Shown here in pieces: positions 18,781-28,790 of a stretch of 64,000 nt of DNA. Under the pieces are notes generated by a model. It saw nothing but the letters and a program-made list of their open reading frames with translations. It did no database searches and was not told the DNA's origin. Each line of letters opens with the position of its first letter. Within the stretch, counting starts at the first letter, position 1. Origin of the DNA: an uncultured delta proteobacterium (lineage in GTDB: Bacteria > Myxococcota > UBA727 > VGSZ01). The stretch lies in contig CAVZJB010000004.1 in NCBI GenBank assembly GCA_963775425.1, positions 32,001 to 96,000 of the forward strand, written 5' to 3'. A program made the translations under genes and the position numbers.

Positions 18781-19544
18781 GCCTCAAGAGCTTCCTCCTC
18801 GAGCGCTACGCCGCCGGCCGCCTCCCCGCCGCCGTCGCCGCGCGCGTGGCCCGGCGCGTCTTTACCGACGAGAGCTGGGCGCGCGCCTACCACGAGCTGC
18901 GCGTCGCCGAGCGCGCCGTCGACGGCGCCGCCGCGCTGTCGACGGCGCAGATGGACCGCCTCACCGCCGGCGTGCTCGGGGCCTCGACGCCCGCGCCGCC
19001 GGCGCGCTCGCCCTGGCGCGCGGGCCTGTTCACGCTCGCGGGGGCCGCCGCGTGCGCCGCCGTCCTCCTCGTCGTCGTCCGCCCCGGCCACGACGACACC
19101 GGGTTCCACGCCCGCGGCGGCGACGGCCCGAAGGCCGGCGTGCACGTGCGCTGCGTCGACGCCTCCCGGCAGAACATGCTCGGCGAGGCCGACGTCGCCC
19201 CCGGCGCGCGCCTGTCCTGCCCGCGCGCGGGCCTCCTCGCGTTCTCCGCCACCAACACCGGCGCGGCCGCGGCGTACGTGCAGGGCGTCGCCGTCACCGA
19301 CGCCGCGGACGACGCCGCCCTCTTCACGCTCCCCTTCGCCGGCGAGCCCGCGTTCGCCGTGCCGGCGGGCAGCATCGACCTCCCGCTGCCGCGCGGCTTC
19401 CCGCTCGCGGGCGTCAGCGGGCCCATCCGGCTCTCCGCCGGCCTCTTCGCCCAGGCACCGTCGCCAAGCGGGCCGTCGTCGAGCGCGCCGCCGTCGAGCG
19501 CGCCGTCGCCCGACGGGGCGCTCGTCATCGAGGTCACGCCCTGA
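18777..19544 (+). CDS. Putative membrane anti-sigma factor
   Basis: ATGA overlap with the sigma gene, single TM followed by FHARG, extracytoplasmic C-terminus. Confidence 0.7.
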   Translation: MSLKSFLLERYAAGRLPAAVAARVARRVFTDESWARAYHELRVAERAVDGAAALSTAQMDRLTAGVLGASTPAPPARSPWRAGLFTLAGAAACAAVLLVVVRPGHDDTGFHARGGDGPKAGVHVRCVDASRQNMLGEADVAPGARLSCPRAGLLAFSATNTGAAAAYVQGVAVTDAADDAALFTLPFAGEPAFAVPAGSIDLPLPRGFPLAGVSGPIRLSAGLFAQAPSPSGPSSSAPPSSAPSPDGALVIEVTP

Positions 19545-19549
19545 CGGCG

Positions 19550-21067
19550 GTGGTCCCCGTCCTCGCCGCCCTCGCGGCGCTCGCCCCCGGCGCCCAAACC
19601 GGGGCGACGGCGCGGTACGTCATCGCCATCGGCTACAACGGCGCCGACGGCGATCCGCGCGGCAAGCTCGAGTTCGCCGACGACGACGCCGCGCGCTTCT
19701 TCCTCGAGGAGAAGGGCGGCGCCAAGCGCGCTTGGCTCCTCACCACGTTCGACACCGAGAGCGCGCGCGCGTTCGGTGACACCGTGGAGCTCGCCAAGGC
19801 CCCCACCGCCGACGAGCTGTCGCGCACGCTCGGCGAAGCGTTCTGGCAGATGCGCCAAGACCGCGACAAGGGAACGCGCACGGAGCTCGTCGTCTACTTC
19901 GCCGGCCACGGCGACATCACCGACGGCGGCGAGGGCTACGTGGTGCTCGCCGACGAGAAGCTCACGCGCTCGCTCCTCGAGAGCGAGGTGCTCATCCCGT
20001 CGCCCGCCGCCACCAACCACCTGCTCATCGACGCGTGCGCGTCGGCCTACATGCTCCCGCGCGGCGGCCACGGCGCGCCCGCGGGCGAGCCGGTGTCGCC
20101 GAGCTTGTTCCTCAAGCGGACGCCGGCGGCGCAGGCGGCGTGGGCGCGCACCGGCGCCATCGTCGCCACCAGCGACGCGAGCGCCGTGCACGAGTCGAGC
20201 GAGATCGGCGGCGGCCTGTTCTCGTTCGCGCTGCGCTCCGCGCTCGTCGGCGCCGGCGACGTCAACGGCGACGGCCGCGTCGAGTACGCCGAGGCCGCCG
20301 CGTTCATCGCCGCGCAGAGCTCGGCTGCACGCGACACACGCGCGCGCGTCAGCGTGCTCGCGCGCGCGCCGGCGCAGCGGCCGCACGCCGCGCTCGCGGA
20401 TCTGGCGCGCGTGGGCGCGTCGCACTTCCTCGTCGTCGATCAGCCACGCACCGCCTCGCTGCGTGTGCTCGACGACCACGGCGAGCCCTACGCCGACGTG
20501 CACCGCGAGGGCGCGGCGCCCCCCGCCATCCTCGCGCTCATGGGCAGCAGCTACTACGTCGTCGTCAACGGGAACGAGGAGGCCGTGCTCGTGCCGCGGC
20601 GGGAGGGGGCGTACGCGCTGTCGTCGTTGTCGTGGAAGCCGGCGCCCCGCGCGCGCGACGCCGCGCCCGCGCTCGGCAAAGCGCCGGTGGCGTTCGGGCC
20701 GCAGTTCGTCGACGGCTACCTGGTCGGCGCCAAGGATCTCGTGCCGCCGCTCGACGGCCAGCCGGTCAAGCTCGCGTTCGCTCCCGACGGTCAGCCGGAG
20801 GTGCACATCCCGTGGTGGACCCTCGCGGGCACGGCGGGCTCCGCGGCTGCCGTGCTGGCGGCGGGCGCGGTGGCGTGCGCGGTGGGCAACTCGCTGTCGC
20901 TGGTGGCCCTCGACGAGAGCTTCCGGCGCACCGGCACGCTCGACCCCGCGCTGTCCCTCCAGACGGACACGTGGCTCGCGGCGTCGGTGTCTCTCGGCGT
21001 CGGCGCGCTCGCCACCGGCGTGGTCGCGGGCGGCCTCGCCTTCGTCGCGACGGAGGACGACAAGTGA
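19550..21067 (+). CDS. Caspase-family (peptidase C14) protein, exported/membrane-anchored
   Basis: YVIAIGYN, LEFADDDA, catalytic VYFAGHG and LIDACAS, EF-hand-like DVNGDGRVEYAE, C-terminal hydrophobic segments. Confidence 0.85.
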   Translation: MVPVLAALAALAPGAQTGATARYVIAIGYNGADGDPRGKLEFADDDAARFFLEEKGGAKRAWLLTTFDTESARAFGDTVELAKAPTADELSRTLGEAFWQMRQDRDKGTRTELVVYFAGHGDITDGGEGYVVLADEKLTRSLLESEVLIPSPAATNHLLIDACASAYMLPRGGHGAPAGEPVSPSLFLKRTPAAQAAWARTGAIVATSDASAVHESSEIGGGLFSFALRSALVGAGDVNGDGRVEYAEAAAFIAAQSSAARDTRARVSVLARAPAQRPHAALADLARVGASHFLVVDQPRTASLRVLDDHGEPYADVHREGAAPPAILALMGSSYYVVVNGNEEAVLVPRREGAYALSSLSWKPAPRARDAAPALGKAPVAFGPQFVDGYLVGAKDLVPPLDGQPVKLAFAPDGQPEVHIPWWTLAGTAGSAAAVLAAGAVACAVGNSLSLVALDESFRRTGTLDPALSLQTDTWLAASVSLGVGALATGVVAGGLAFVATEDDK

Positions 21068-22014
21068 GCCTTCGCCGTCCACGGCTCCGTCCGGGCCGCC
21101 CGCGTCGTCGGGCGCGCGCGCTCGTCGCGCTCGCGCTCGGCGGGGTGGCGCTCGGCGGCTGCCGCTTCGGGCCGGCGTCGAGCGTCCTCGACGGCGCCAA
21201 CGTCGAGATCGTCGTCGCCGGCACGGCCGACGGGGATCCCGTGCACGTCGACTTCGGCGGCGAGGTCCGCGACGCCGTCGCCGGCAACGCCAATCCGCTC
21301 GTCGTGTACCTCACGCTCGACGTCGGCGAGCACCGCGGCTCGCTCTCCGTCGGCGCCGGCGACGCCGCCGTCTGCGCCGCCCTCGACGGCGACGTCGGCG
21401 ACGGCGTCACCGTGCTCGCGTTCGACGCCCGGCAGCTCCCGCGCTGCGCCGCCCCAGACGCGGGTGAGCCAGACGCGGGTGAGCCGGACGCGGGTGAGCC
21501 AGACGCGGGTGAGCCGGACGCGGGCGAGCCGGACGCGGGCGAGCCGGACGCGGGCGAGCCGGACGCGGGCGAGCCGGACGCCGGGGAGCCGGACGCCGGG
21601 GAGCCGGACGCCGGCGTCGACACAGGCACGTTCGTCGCGATGTCGGAGACGGTGAACGACGCCGTCTGCGTCGACCTGCCCTGCCGCGTCCTCACGACGG
21701 TGTCGTCGCTCGGCACGGTCACCGTCGTCGATCACGCCAATCCGGCCACGAGCGGCGACATCGACGGCGCCGACCTCCTCGCCACGGCCCTCCAGGTGAC
21801 CGGCAGCGACGCCGACACGCTGTTCGCCGGCGACGACCCGCTGTGCCCACAGATCCTCGCCAACCTCGCAGGGCTCGTCATCCTCGAGCGCACCGTCGAG
21901 GATCCGCCGGGCAGCGACACCACCCGGACCGACACCGTCGACGTCAGCCTCTGCACCACCGGAATCGCGCACACGTTGCGCGCGCGCCTCGAGCTCCTGC
22001 GCTCGCTGCTTTGA
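21064..22014 (+). CDS. Lipoprotein with (PDAGE)10 repeat
   Basis: GTGA overlap with the caspase stop, lipobox LGGC, acidic repeat linker. Confidence 0.75.
   Translation: MSLRRPRLRPGRPRRRARALVALALGGVALGGCRFGPASSVLDGANVEIVVAGTADGDPVHVDFGGEVRDAVAGNANPLVVYLTLDVGEHRGSLSVGAGDAAVCAALDGDVGDGVTVLAFDARQLPRCAAPDAGEPDAGEPDAGEPDAGEPDAGEPDAGEPDAGEPDAGEPDAGEPDAGEPDAGVDTGTFVAMSETVNDAVCVDLPCRVLTTVSSLGTVTVVDHANPATSGDIDGADLLATALQVTGSDADTLFAGDDPLCPQILANLAGLVILERTVEDPPGSDTTRTDTVDVSLCTTGIAHTLRARLELLRSLL
21454..21615 (+). repeat. 15-bp tandem repeat (PDAGE x10 + PDAG)
   Basis: CCRGACGCSGGNGAG units over 162 bp. Confidence 0.95.
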
Positions 22015-22031
22015 CCCGAAAGCGAGGACCC

Positions 22032-22565
22032 GTGAACCACACCCGCCCTTCGGCTACCGTCCGCTGCGCCGCTGTCCTCGGCGCCGGACTCCTCGCGGCA
22101 ACCCTCCTCGGCGCGGGCTGCGGCGGCGGGCCCTTCGGCGACTTCGTCGTCACGGACGCGTCGCTCCACGACGTCGACTGGCAGTCCGCGGCCATCATCG
22201 GCGGGGCGAGCTGGACGTCGGGTCTGCTGGACCTCACCGACGACAGCGGCCAGGTCCACGCGTTCGACGTCGACGTCAGCGGCCCCGAGGTCGGCTTCTT
22301 CATCGACATCGGCACCGGCGACAACAACCCCGACGACTGCCTCCTTCAGTCGAGCGCCTCGCTCGTGCTGCCGGCCGGCAAGCAGGTGATCGCCGACGAC
22401 GTGGCCGGCGTCTACGCGGGCACCAAGGGCAGCCTGCGCTTCGCGCTCGGCGCCGAGGAGCACGACCTGCAAAACGGCGCCGGCGTGAAGCTCTCGGGGG
22501 GCGCCTTCGACCTCGGCATGGGCATCTGGCTCGGCTTCGAGTGGCTCGGCATCGGCGTGAAGTGA
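22032..22565 (+). CDS. Lipoprotein, EipA/DUF1134-like small beta-rich protein
   Basis: Lipobox GAGC; the C-terminus DVAGVYAG...LQNGAGVKL resembles the DUF1134/DUF992 families. Confidence 0.55.
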   Translation: MNHTRPSATVRCAAVLGAGLLAATLLGAGCGGGPFGDFVVTDASLHDVDWQSAAIIGGASWTSGLLDLTDDSGQVHAFDVDVSGPEVGFFIDIGTGDNNPDDCLLQSSASLVLPAGKQVIADDVAGVYAGTKGSLRFALGAEEHDLQNGAGVKLSGGAFDLGMGIWLGFEWLGIGVK

Positions 22566-22694
22566 CGAACCGCGCAGGAGCGGCCGGCCGCGCCAAAGCA
22601 CGCGGCCCCGGGCGCTTCGACACAGGCGCGCGCGCGCGGGCGCGCTGAACCGCCGCGGCGCGGTGGCACGGTTCTTCGACCGTGCGCTTGCGCC

Positions 22695-24311
22695 ATGCGT
22701 GCGTTCGCTTCCCTGCTCACCGGTCTCGCGCTCAGCGCGGTGGGCTGCGCACATCCGCCGTGGAGGGAGCAGGTGCGGAACCTGCCGGAGCCGTCGTCGG
22801 AGCGGCGCGCCTTCGACGGCCTCGAGGGCGCGGAGGGACCGTCCGGCGTGGTGCTCCTGTCGAGCAACGCCGAAGCGTGGGCGACCCGCTGGCAGATGAT
22901 CGCCGACGCCGACCGGCGCATCGACACCGCCACGTTCATCCTCGAGCGCGACATCGTCGGGCTCGCGTTCCTCGGCCACCTCTACGAGCGGGCCCGCGAG
23001 GGGGTGGAGGTGCACCTGCGCATCGACGCGCGCGGGAGCGCGTCCTTCGCGCCGCCCCTCGCGGTGGCGGCCTCGCTCCAGGACCTCGCCGACGCCGGCG
23101 CCGACGTGCGCATCTACAACCCGCCGCTCAACCAGCTCGCGCGGACGCTCGTCGAGGCGAACGCTGCGCCCGTGTCGGCGTGCGCGCACGAGAAGATCCT
23201 CGCCGTGGACGGGCGCCGCGCGGTGACGGGCGGGCGCAACATCGCGTCTGTCTACTACACGTTGCCGAGCGAGAACCGAGGCGCCGTCGTCGACGACGAC
23301 GTCCTCCTCGAAGGCCGCGCCGTCACCGCGCAGCTCGCGCGCATCGTCGACCGCGCGGACAACGAGGTCTCCGTGCCGCCGACGCTCCCGCCAGACGCGG
23401 TGCCGCGCGCCGACCTCCTGATGATGGCGTACGGCGCCATGGACGCGTGGTTGCACGGCGACGTCGTCTTTGAGCCGAGCGACGCGGCCGTGCTCGCGCT
23501 CGAGGCCGCGGGCCTCGCCCGCTTGCCCGGGCTGCCGCCGCGCGCCGTACGCGACGATCTGCGGCCGTACCTGCGCGAGCTCGCGTCGTATCACTCGCTG
23601 TACGGGACGCTCCCGCTCGACGACGTCGAGCGCGACTATGCGGACGTCCGCGTGGTCTACGGAGGGGGCGGCGCCGACGGGCAAGAGCACCACAACTCCG
23701 CCACCGACGCGCTGCTGCGCTGCATCGCCGGCGCGCACAACCGCATCCTGATCCAGTCCCCGTACGTGATGCTCACCCGCGGCGTGCTCGTGGCGCTCGC
23801 GCGCGCGAGCCGGCGGGGCGTGAACATCGACATCGTCACCAACTCGCCGAGCTCGTCGGACAACGACGCGTCGCAGGCGCTCTTCATCGACAGTTGGCCG
23901 GAGCTCGAGGCCCGCTTGCCCACGCTGCGCGTGTTCGTCGCCGCCGACGGTCAGATGCAGCACGTGAAGCGCGTCGTCTGCGACGAAGACCTCACGCTGC
24001 TCGGCAGCTACAACCTCGACCCGCTCTCGGCGCACTTGAACAGCGAAGTGGTGGTGGGCATCTGGTCGCCCGACGTCACCGAGCAAAACCGGAAGATCGT
24101 GGACGACCGCATCAACGGCGGCGAAGTCCTCGAGTACCGCATCGCGCGCGACACGCACGGGCGCGCGATGCGGGACGGCAACGGGAACGTGGTGGTGGCG
24201 TTCGGCCCGAGGAACCACGTCCCCGCCAGGCGCCTCGCCGAGCTCGAGTCGCTGAAGCGCTTCCTCTTCTCCGTGCGAGGCATCTGGGACTTCGAATTCG
24301 TCGTTTGGTGA
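22695..24311 (+). CDS. Phospholipase D family lipoprotein (cardiolipin synthase-like)
   Basis: Two HxK(x)4D motifs: HEKILAVD...GGRNI and HVKRVVCD...GSYNLDPLS; lipobox AVGC. Confidence 0.9.
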   Translation: MRAFASLLTGLALSAVGCAHPPWREQVRNLPEPSSERRAFDGLEGAEGPSGVVLLSSNAEAWATRWQMIADADRRIDTATFILERDIVGLAFLGHLYERAREGVEVHLRIDARGSASFAPPLAVAASLQDLADAGADVRIYNPPLNQLARTLVEANAAPVSACAHEKILAVDGRRAVTGGRNIASVYYTLPSENRGAVVDDDVLLEGRAVTAQLARIVDRADNEVSVPPTLPPDAVPRADLLMMAYGAMDAWLHGDVVFEPSDAAVLALEAAGLARLPGLPPRAVRDDLRPYLRELASYHSLYGTLPLDDVERDYADVRVVYGGGGADGQEHHNSATDALLRCIAGAHNRILIQSPYVMLTRGVLVALARASRRGVNIDIVTNSPSSSDNDASQALFIDSWPELEARLPTLRVFVAADGQMQHVKRVVCDEDLTLLGSYNLDPLSAHLNSEVVVGIWSPDVTEQNRKIVDDRINGGEVLEYRIARDTHGRAMRDGNGNVVVAFGPRNHVPARRLAELESLKRFLFSVRGIWDFEFVVW

Positions 24312-24320
24312 GGAAAAGCC

Positions 24321-24995
24321 ATGACCACTCTCCGCCGCTACATCGCCACTCCCTTCATCGAGCTCGGCCTCCTCGCAGGAGCCGCCGTGCTCGCCGGCTT
24401 CGCCGCGTGCGCCACCACCGGGCCGCGCGATCTCAACGCCGACGACAACCGCGCCGCGGCCGCCGCCCACCGCGCGCGCGCCGCCGAGGAGATGAGCCGC
24501 TACGACCCGGGCGCGGTCGCCGTACAGTCGACGGTGACGACGTCCGGCCAACACGCCGTCGAGGTCTACAACCCCACCGGCAGGAACCGCGAGCTCGCCG
24601 CGCGCAACATCGCCGAGGCGCGCGCGCACGAAAAAGAGGCGGCGCGGCTGGACACGCTCGACGACGCCGCCTGCGCCGGCGTGCCCGAGGCCGCGCGCGC
24701 CGCCTGCCCGCTCCTCGGCCGCCTCGCGGTGCTCCAGCCGATCCACAACGGCGCGCGCATCCAGCTCCTCGACAAGTCGATGACCGCGGCCTCCGCGGCG
24801 CGCATCCGCTGCCACGCCGCCTTCGCCCGCGCACACGGCCGCGACGGCCTCGAGATGTGTCCGTTGTACGTCGAAGGCCTGCGCGTCGACGTCGACGGCG
24901 ACTGGATCGTGCTGCGCTCCCCGACGCAGGGCCGCGAGCTGCTGCGGCTGTTGCGCGAGCACCTGCCGCCGGCGCCGGACCGGCCTCACCGCTGA
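24321..24995 (+). CDS. Hypothetical lipoprotein
   Basis: Lipobox FAAC; Cys motifs AAC...ACPLL...CH...CPLY; SD-like GAGG upstream. Confidence 0.7.
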   Translation: MTTLRRYIATPFIELGLLAGAAVLAGFAACATTGPRDLNADDNRAAAAAHRARAAEEMSRYDPGAVAVQSTVTTSGQHAVEVYNPTGRNRELAARNIAEARAHEKEAARLDTLDDAACAGVPEAARAACPLLGRLAVLQPIHNGARIQLLDKSMTAASAARIRCHAAFARAHGRDGLEMCPLYVEGLRVDVDGDWIVLRSPTQGRELLRLLREHLPPAPDRPHR

Positions 24996-24999
24996 GGCA

Positions 25000-26142
25000 C
25001 TAGCCCGGCCCGGGCGTCACGGACCAGTCGAGCGTGTACGGGCCGTCCTCCGGGAGCGCGTAGGCGTCCACGACGAGGAACACGGGTTTGGGCGCCGCGT
25101 CCGGGTTCGTGAAGCTGACCACTTCGTCGTCGCCGACGAAGCCGTCGTCGGCGGCGACGAGGCAGTTGCCGTCGAAGGGACAGGTGCCGTCGGTGACGTC
25201 GAGCAGGCCGTCGTGGCTGGGCGTGTTGAGCGTGGCGTCGAGCCGGGCGCCGGGGTCGAGGGTGATGGAATAGACGAAGTCGGGGCCCGCGGAGCCGAAG
25301 GGGCTGCACGCCGTGAGCACCTCCTGCTCGTCCTTCAGATCGGTGGTGTCGCCCGTCTCCGCGCCGCTCGTGCCCACGAGCGGGACGGCGTCGACGCAGT
25401 CGTCCCCGGGGGTCGCGGCGCAGACGCCGGCGATGCAGGACAGCCCGAAGCCGCACCGGGTCCCGGCGTCGATGCCGTCGCACGCCGTGCCCTCGTCGAG
25501 GAGCTTGAGGGCGAGGATCTCGTAGTCCCCGGACTCCTGCGAGGCGACGCCGTCCACCGAGACGAACACGGGCTTGTCGTCGACGACGCCGAAGGTCACC
25601 TCCTCGTGCGAGCCGATGCCGTTGACGTCGTTGGCGCAGCTCACCTCGCTAGTGGCGTCGGCGCACGACGCGATGCGGGCGAACAAGACGGCGTCGTAGC
25701 CCTCGGTCGCCGTCTGCCCGAGCGTGTGCAGGATGACGCGAACGAAGGTGGCTCCGCCCGGGTGCACGACGTAGGTGATGTCGCGCGCGGTGAGGCCGCC
25801 GCAGGTGCCGGCGGTGTCGTTTTCGCGGTCGGACGTGGAGCCGGGCGTGACGACGCCGAAAGGCAGCTCGATCGGGTCGTCGCACGTGCCCGGCACCGGG
25901 ACGCCGGCGTCCTCGGGGCCGGCGTCGGCGACGCCGCCGTCCGCACCGGGCGCCGCGCAGATGCCGCGCGCGGTGTCGCAGGTGGTCCCGTCGGGGCACG
26001 CCTGCCCGTCGAGGCACGGCGTGACGCCGACGAGGAGGTGGCACGACGCCGCGAGCGCGACGAGCGCGGACAGGCCTGCGCACCGCGCGGAGACGACGCG
26101 CGAGCGCGCGACGCCCTTCGCCTGCGACGACGGCGGCCTCAT
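25000..26142 (-). CDS. Exported Cys-rich protein with two PPC-like beta-sandwich repeats
   Basis: GTCDDPIEL...DITY...YDAVL...SCAND and GDDCVDAVPL...PDFVY...VVDAY repeats. Confidence 0.7.
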   Translation of the reverse strand: MRPPSSQAKGVARSRVVSARCAGLSALVALAASCHLLVGVTPCLDGQACPDGTTCDTARGICAAPGADGGVADAGPEDAGVPVPGTCDDPIELPFGVVTPGSTSDRENDTAGTCGGLTARDITYVVHPGGATFVRVILHTLGQTATEGYDAVLFARIASCADATSEVSCANDVNGIGSHEEVTFGVVDDKPVFVSVDGVASQESGDYEILALKLLDEGTACDGIDAGTRCGFGLSCIAGVCAATPGDDCVDAVPLVGTSGAETGDTTDLKDEQEVLTACSPFGSAGPDFVYSITLDPGARLDATLNTPSHDGLLDVTDGTCPFDGNCLVAADDGFVGDDEVVSFTNPDAAPKPVFLVVDAYALPEDGPYTLDWSVTPGPG

Positions 26143-26819
26143 TCGGCCACCGCCGCGAGCACGCCGCCGCCCGCCGCGGCGACGGCGGCCACACCCGTGC
26201 ACACCGAGAGCGCGACGAAGGCGACGTCGAGGGTGCGGTAGTCGTCGCCGAGGGGCTTGCCGCGATCGCGCGCTTGCACGAGCAGCGACGCCATCTGCGA
26301 CGACACGCCGAGCGCGCCGCCGCCGCAGCCCGCGACGACGACGGCGCCGGCCGCCGCCGAGTACACGCCCGTGTAGAAGAGCCCACCATGGGGCGCCTGC
26401 GGCGGCGCGGCCGCGTGCCCCGACAGGAGCGCGGCGAGCGCGTCGTCCGCCGAGCGCCGGGGGTCGTCACCGAGCGTGGTGGAGGTGCGGGCCGCGGTGC
26501 GCGCGGGGACGTCGACGAGCAGCAGGTCGATGCGCTTGTCCTTCACGCGCAGGACGACGATGCGATCGAGCTCGCTCAAGACGCCGAGCCGCGCCCAACA
26601 GTCGGGCCCCTCGTCGAACGCGCACGCGGCGCCGACGTGGCGCGCCTCGGCGACGGCCTTGTCCACGGCGGCGGCGGACTGCACGTCGAAGCGCCCGAGC
26701 TCGACGGCCGCCGCCGCCAGCGCCGCCGCCACGTCCGGCGCCCCCGCCGCGGTGGTGTCCACGACGCCCAGCCGCGGCTGAGCGGCCGCGAGTCCGAGAG
26801 CGAGCGCGACGGCAATCAT
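26139..26819 (-). CDS. Hypothetical exported/membrane protein
   Basis: Signal peptide MIAVALALGLAAAQ, CAFDEGPDC, two C-terminal hydrophobic segments; ATGA-coupled to the next gene. Confidence 0.65.
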   Translation of the reverse strand: MIAVALALGLAAAQPRLGVVDTTAAGAPDVAAALAAAAVELGRFDVQSAAAVDKAVAEARHVGAACAFDEGPDCWARLGVLSELDRIVVLRVKDKRIDLLLVDVPARTAARTSTTLGDDPRRSADDALAALLSGHAAAPPQAPHGGLFYTGVYSAAAGAVVVAGCGGGALGVSSQMASLLVQARDRGKPLGDDYRTLDVAFVALSVCTGVAAVAAAGGGVLAAVAE

Positions 26820-26957
26820 GCTCCGCGAGGGTACCGCGCCGCACACGGCGCGCGCGAAGCGACGCTGAGGGAGGCTGCCCCCCTCGCGGCGCGCGTCGTC
26901 GTGTCGGCCGATGTGCCGCCTCGCGTCGGCGCGCGCGGCGCACGCTATCCTCCTCGA

Positions 26958-28790
26958 ATGCCCACGGGCCCATCGACCTTCGAGGGAGCCGAAGAGACGG
27001 CGGCGTCGCTGCCGCGCCAGCTCGGCAGCTACTTGCTGTTGAAGCGGCTCGGGCGCGGCGGCATGGGCACCGTGTACCTCGCGCGCCAGTCGCTCGGGGG
27101 GAGCTTCGAGCGGATGTGCGTCGTGAAGCTCGTGCGCCGCCGGCACCTCGGCGACCCGCTGCTGCGGCAGCGGTTCCTCGACGAGGCGCGCACGACGCTC
27201 CTGTTGACGCACCGGAACATCTGCCGCGTGCTCGACGTGGGCATGGCGGAGGGCGTCGTCTACCTCGCCATGGAGCACGTGAACGGACGCGACCTGCGAA
27301 CGGTGCTCAAGCGCTGCGCGGCGCGCGGCCACGGCGTGCCCCCGGAGATCGCCGCGGCCATCCTCGGCGAGATCCTCGAGGCGCTGGACTCCGCGCATCG
27401 CCTCGTCGATCCGCAGACGGGGAGCCCCCTCGAGATCGTCCATCGTGACGTGTCCCCGCACAACGTCATGGTGAGCTTCGAGGGCGAGGTGAAGCTCATC
27501 GACTTCGGCGTCGCGCGCTCGGCGACGCAGCTCGCGCAGACCGACCCGGGTCTCGTCGTCGGCAAGCTTGCGTATATGTCGCCGGAGCAGGCGTCGTCGG
27601 TGGCCGTGGACGGGCGCTCCGACGTGTTCGCCGCGGGCATCCTCGGCTACGAGATCTTCGCCGCCGACCGCTTCTACTCAAGGCTCAGCATCGACGAGAT
27701 CGGCCAGATGCTCGACGACGGCTCCTATGTGCCGCCGCGCTTCTCCGAGCTGCCCCTGGGCATCGCCGCGCTCTTGATGCGCGCGCTCACCCACGACGTC
27801 TCCGATCGGCCGCGCGCGGGCGCGTTGCGCAAGGACCTGATGGCGTGGTGCGTGGAGCACAGGAAGGTCGCCGGCGCCGCCGAGGTGCGCGCGTTCCTCG
27901 CCGACCTCTTCCCGGGCGAAGCGCAGGAGGACCGCGCGCGCTTTCAGTCACTCCTGAGAAAAGAAGGGCCGCCGACCGACGACGACGATCCCGAGCCGGA
28001 GACTGCTTCGGAGGGCTCCATCCACGCGAACGCCGCCGAGCCCACGCTCCAGGATCGCCCGCGGCGAAACCCCGACAGCGCCTCCACCCGCTCGGCGCTG
28101 AAGCCGGCCGAGCCGAACAAGCGCGGCGGGGGCCGCATGCTCCTCGCCGCGGCGGCGGTGATGGTGCTCGCGGGCGCCGCCGCCGGCGTCGTCCTCACGG
28201 TGCCGACGCTGCGCCCGGTCGCCGCGTTTGCGACGGTGGCGCCCCCGCCGGCAGCGCCCCCGCCCGTCGCCACGCCCCCGGTGGCGGACTCCGACGCGAC
28301 CGGCGCGCCGCCCGACGAGGGTGACACCCCGGCGCCCGACCGCCCCGAGGTCGCCCGCCCCGACGGCGCCCGCCCCGACGTCGCCCGCCCCGACGGCGCC
28401 GCCGGCCACCGCGGCCACGCGCACCACGCGGCGCGGCCGCACGCCCACCGCGCACATCACGCCACCCACGCCGAGGCGGCGGGCGACGCGGCCGTCGACA
28501 ACGGCGGCGGCGCGGCCGGTGAGGACGAGGGCGAACGGCAGCTCCCCGCAGGCGGCGCCGGCGACGCGCCCCTCGACGTCGGCGCGGACGCGACGAAGCC
28601 GCCGCCTCTCCCGCCGAGGCCGCGACTGCTCGTCGAGAAGGTGCGCTACCTGAAAGCGCACTGCGCCGTCCTCCCCTGCGGCACCGCCGCGCAGCGGAAG
28701 CTCGCCGGGGTCGGCGGCATGTCCGCGGACCAGGCCGAGGCGTTCCGCACCGATATCAATCGCTGCCTCGACACCTGCGGCGCCCCCTAG
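26958..28790 (+). CDS. Membrane serine/threonine protein kinase
   Basis: LGRGGMGTVY, HRDVSPHN, DFG, YMSPEQ, TM segment, His-rich and Cys-containing C-terminus. Confidence 0.92.
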   Translation: MPTGPSTFEGAEETAASLPRQLGSYLLLKRLGRGGMGTVYLARQSLGGSFERMCVVKLVRRRHLGDPLLRQRFLDEARTTLLLTHRNICRVLDVGMAEGVVYLAMEHVNGRDLRTVLKRCAARGHGVPPEIAAAILGEILEALDSAHRLVDPQTGSPLEIVHRDVSPHNVMVSFEGEVKLIDFGVARSATQLAQTDPGLVVGKLAYMSPEQASSVAVDGRSDVFAAGILGYEIFAADRFYSRLSIDEIGQMLDDGSYVPPRFSELPLGIAALLMRALTHDVSDRPRAGALRKDLMAWCVEHRKVAGAAEVRAFLADLFPGEAQEDRARFQSLLRKEGPPTDDDDPEPETASEGSIHANAAEPTLQDRPRRNPDSASTRSALKPAEPNKRGGGRMLLAAAAVMVLAGAAAGVVLTVPTLRPVAAFATVAPPPAAPPPVATPPVADSDATGAPPDEGDTPAPDRPEVARPDGARPDVARPDGAAGHRGHAHHAARPHAHRAHHATHAEAAGDAAVDNGGGAAGEDEGERQLPAGGAGDAPLDVGADATKPPPLPPRPRLLVEKVRYLKAHCAVLPCGTAAQRKLAGVGGMSADQAEAFRTDINRCLDTCGAP

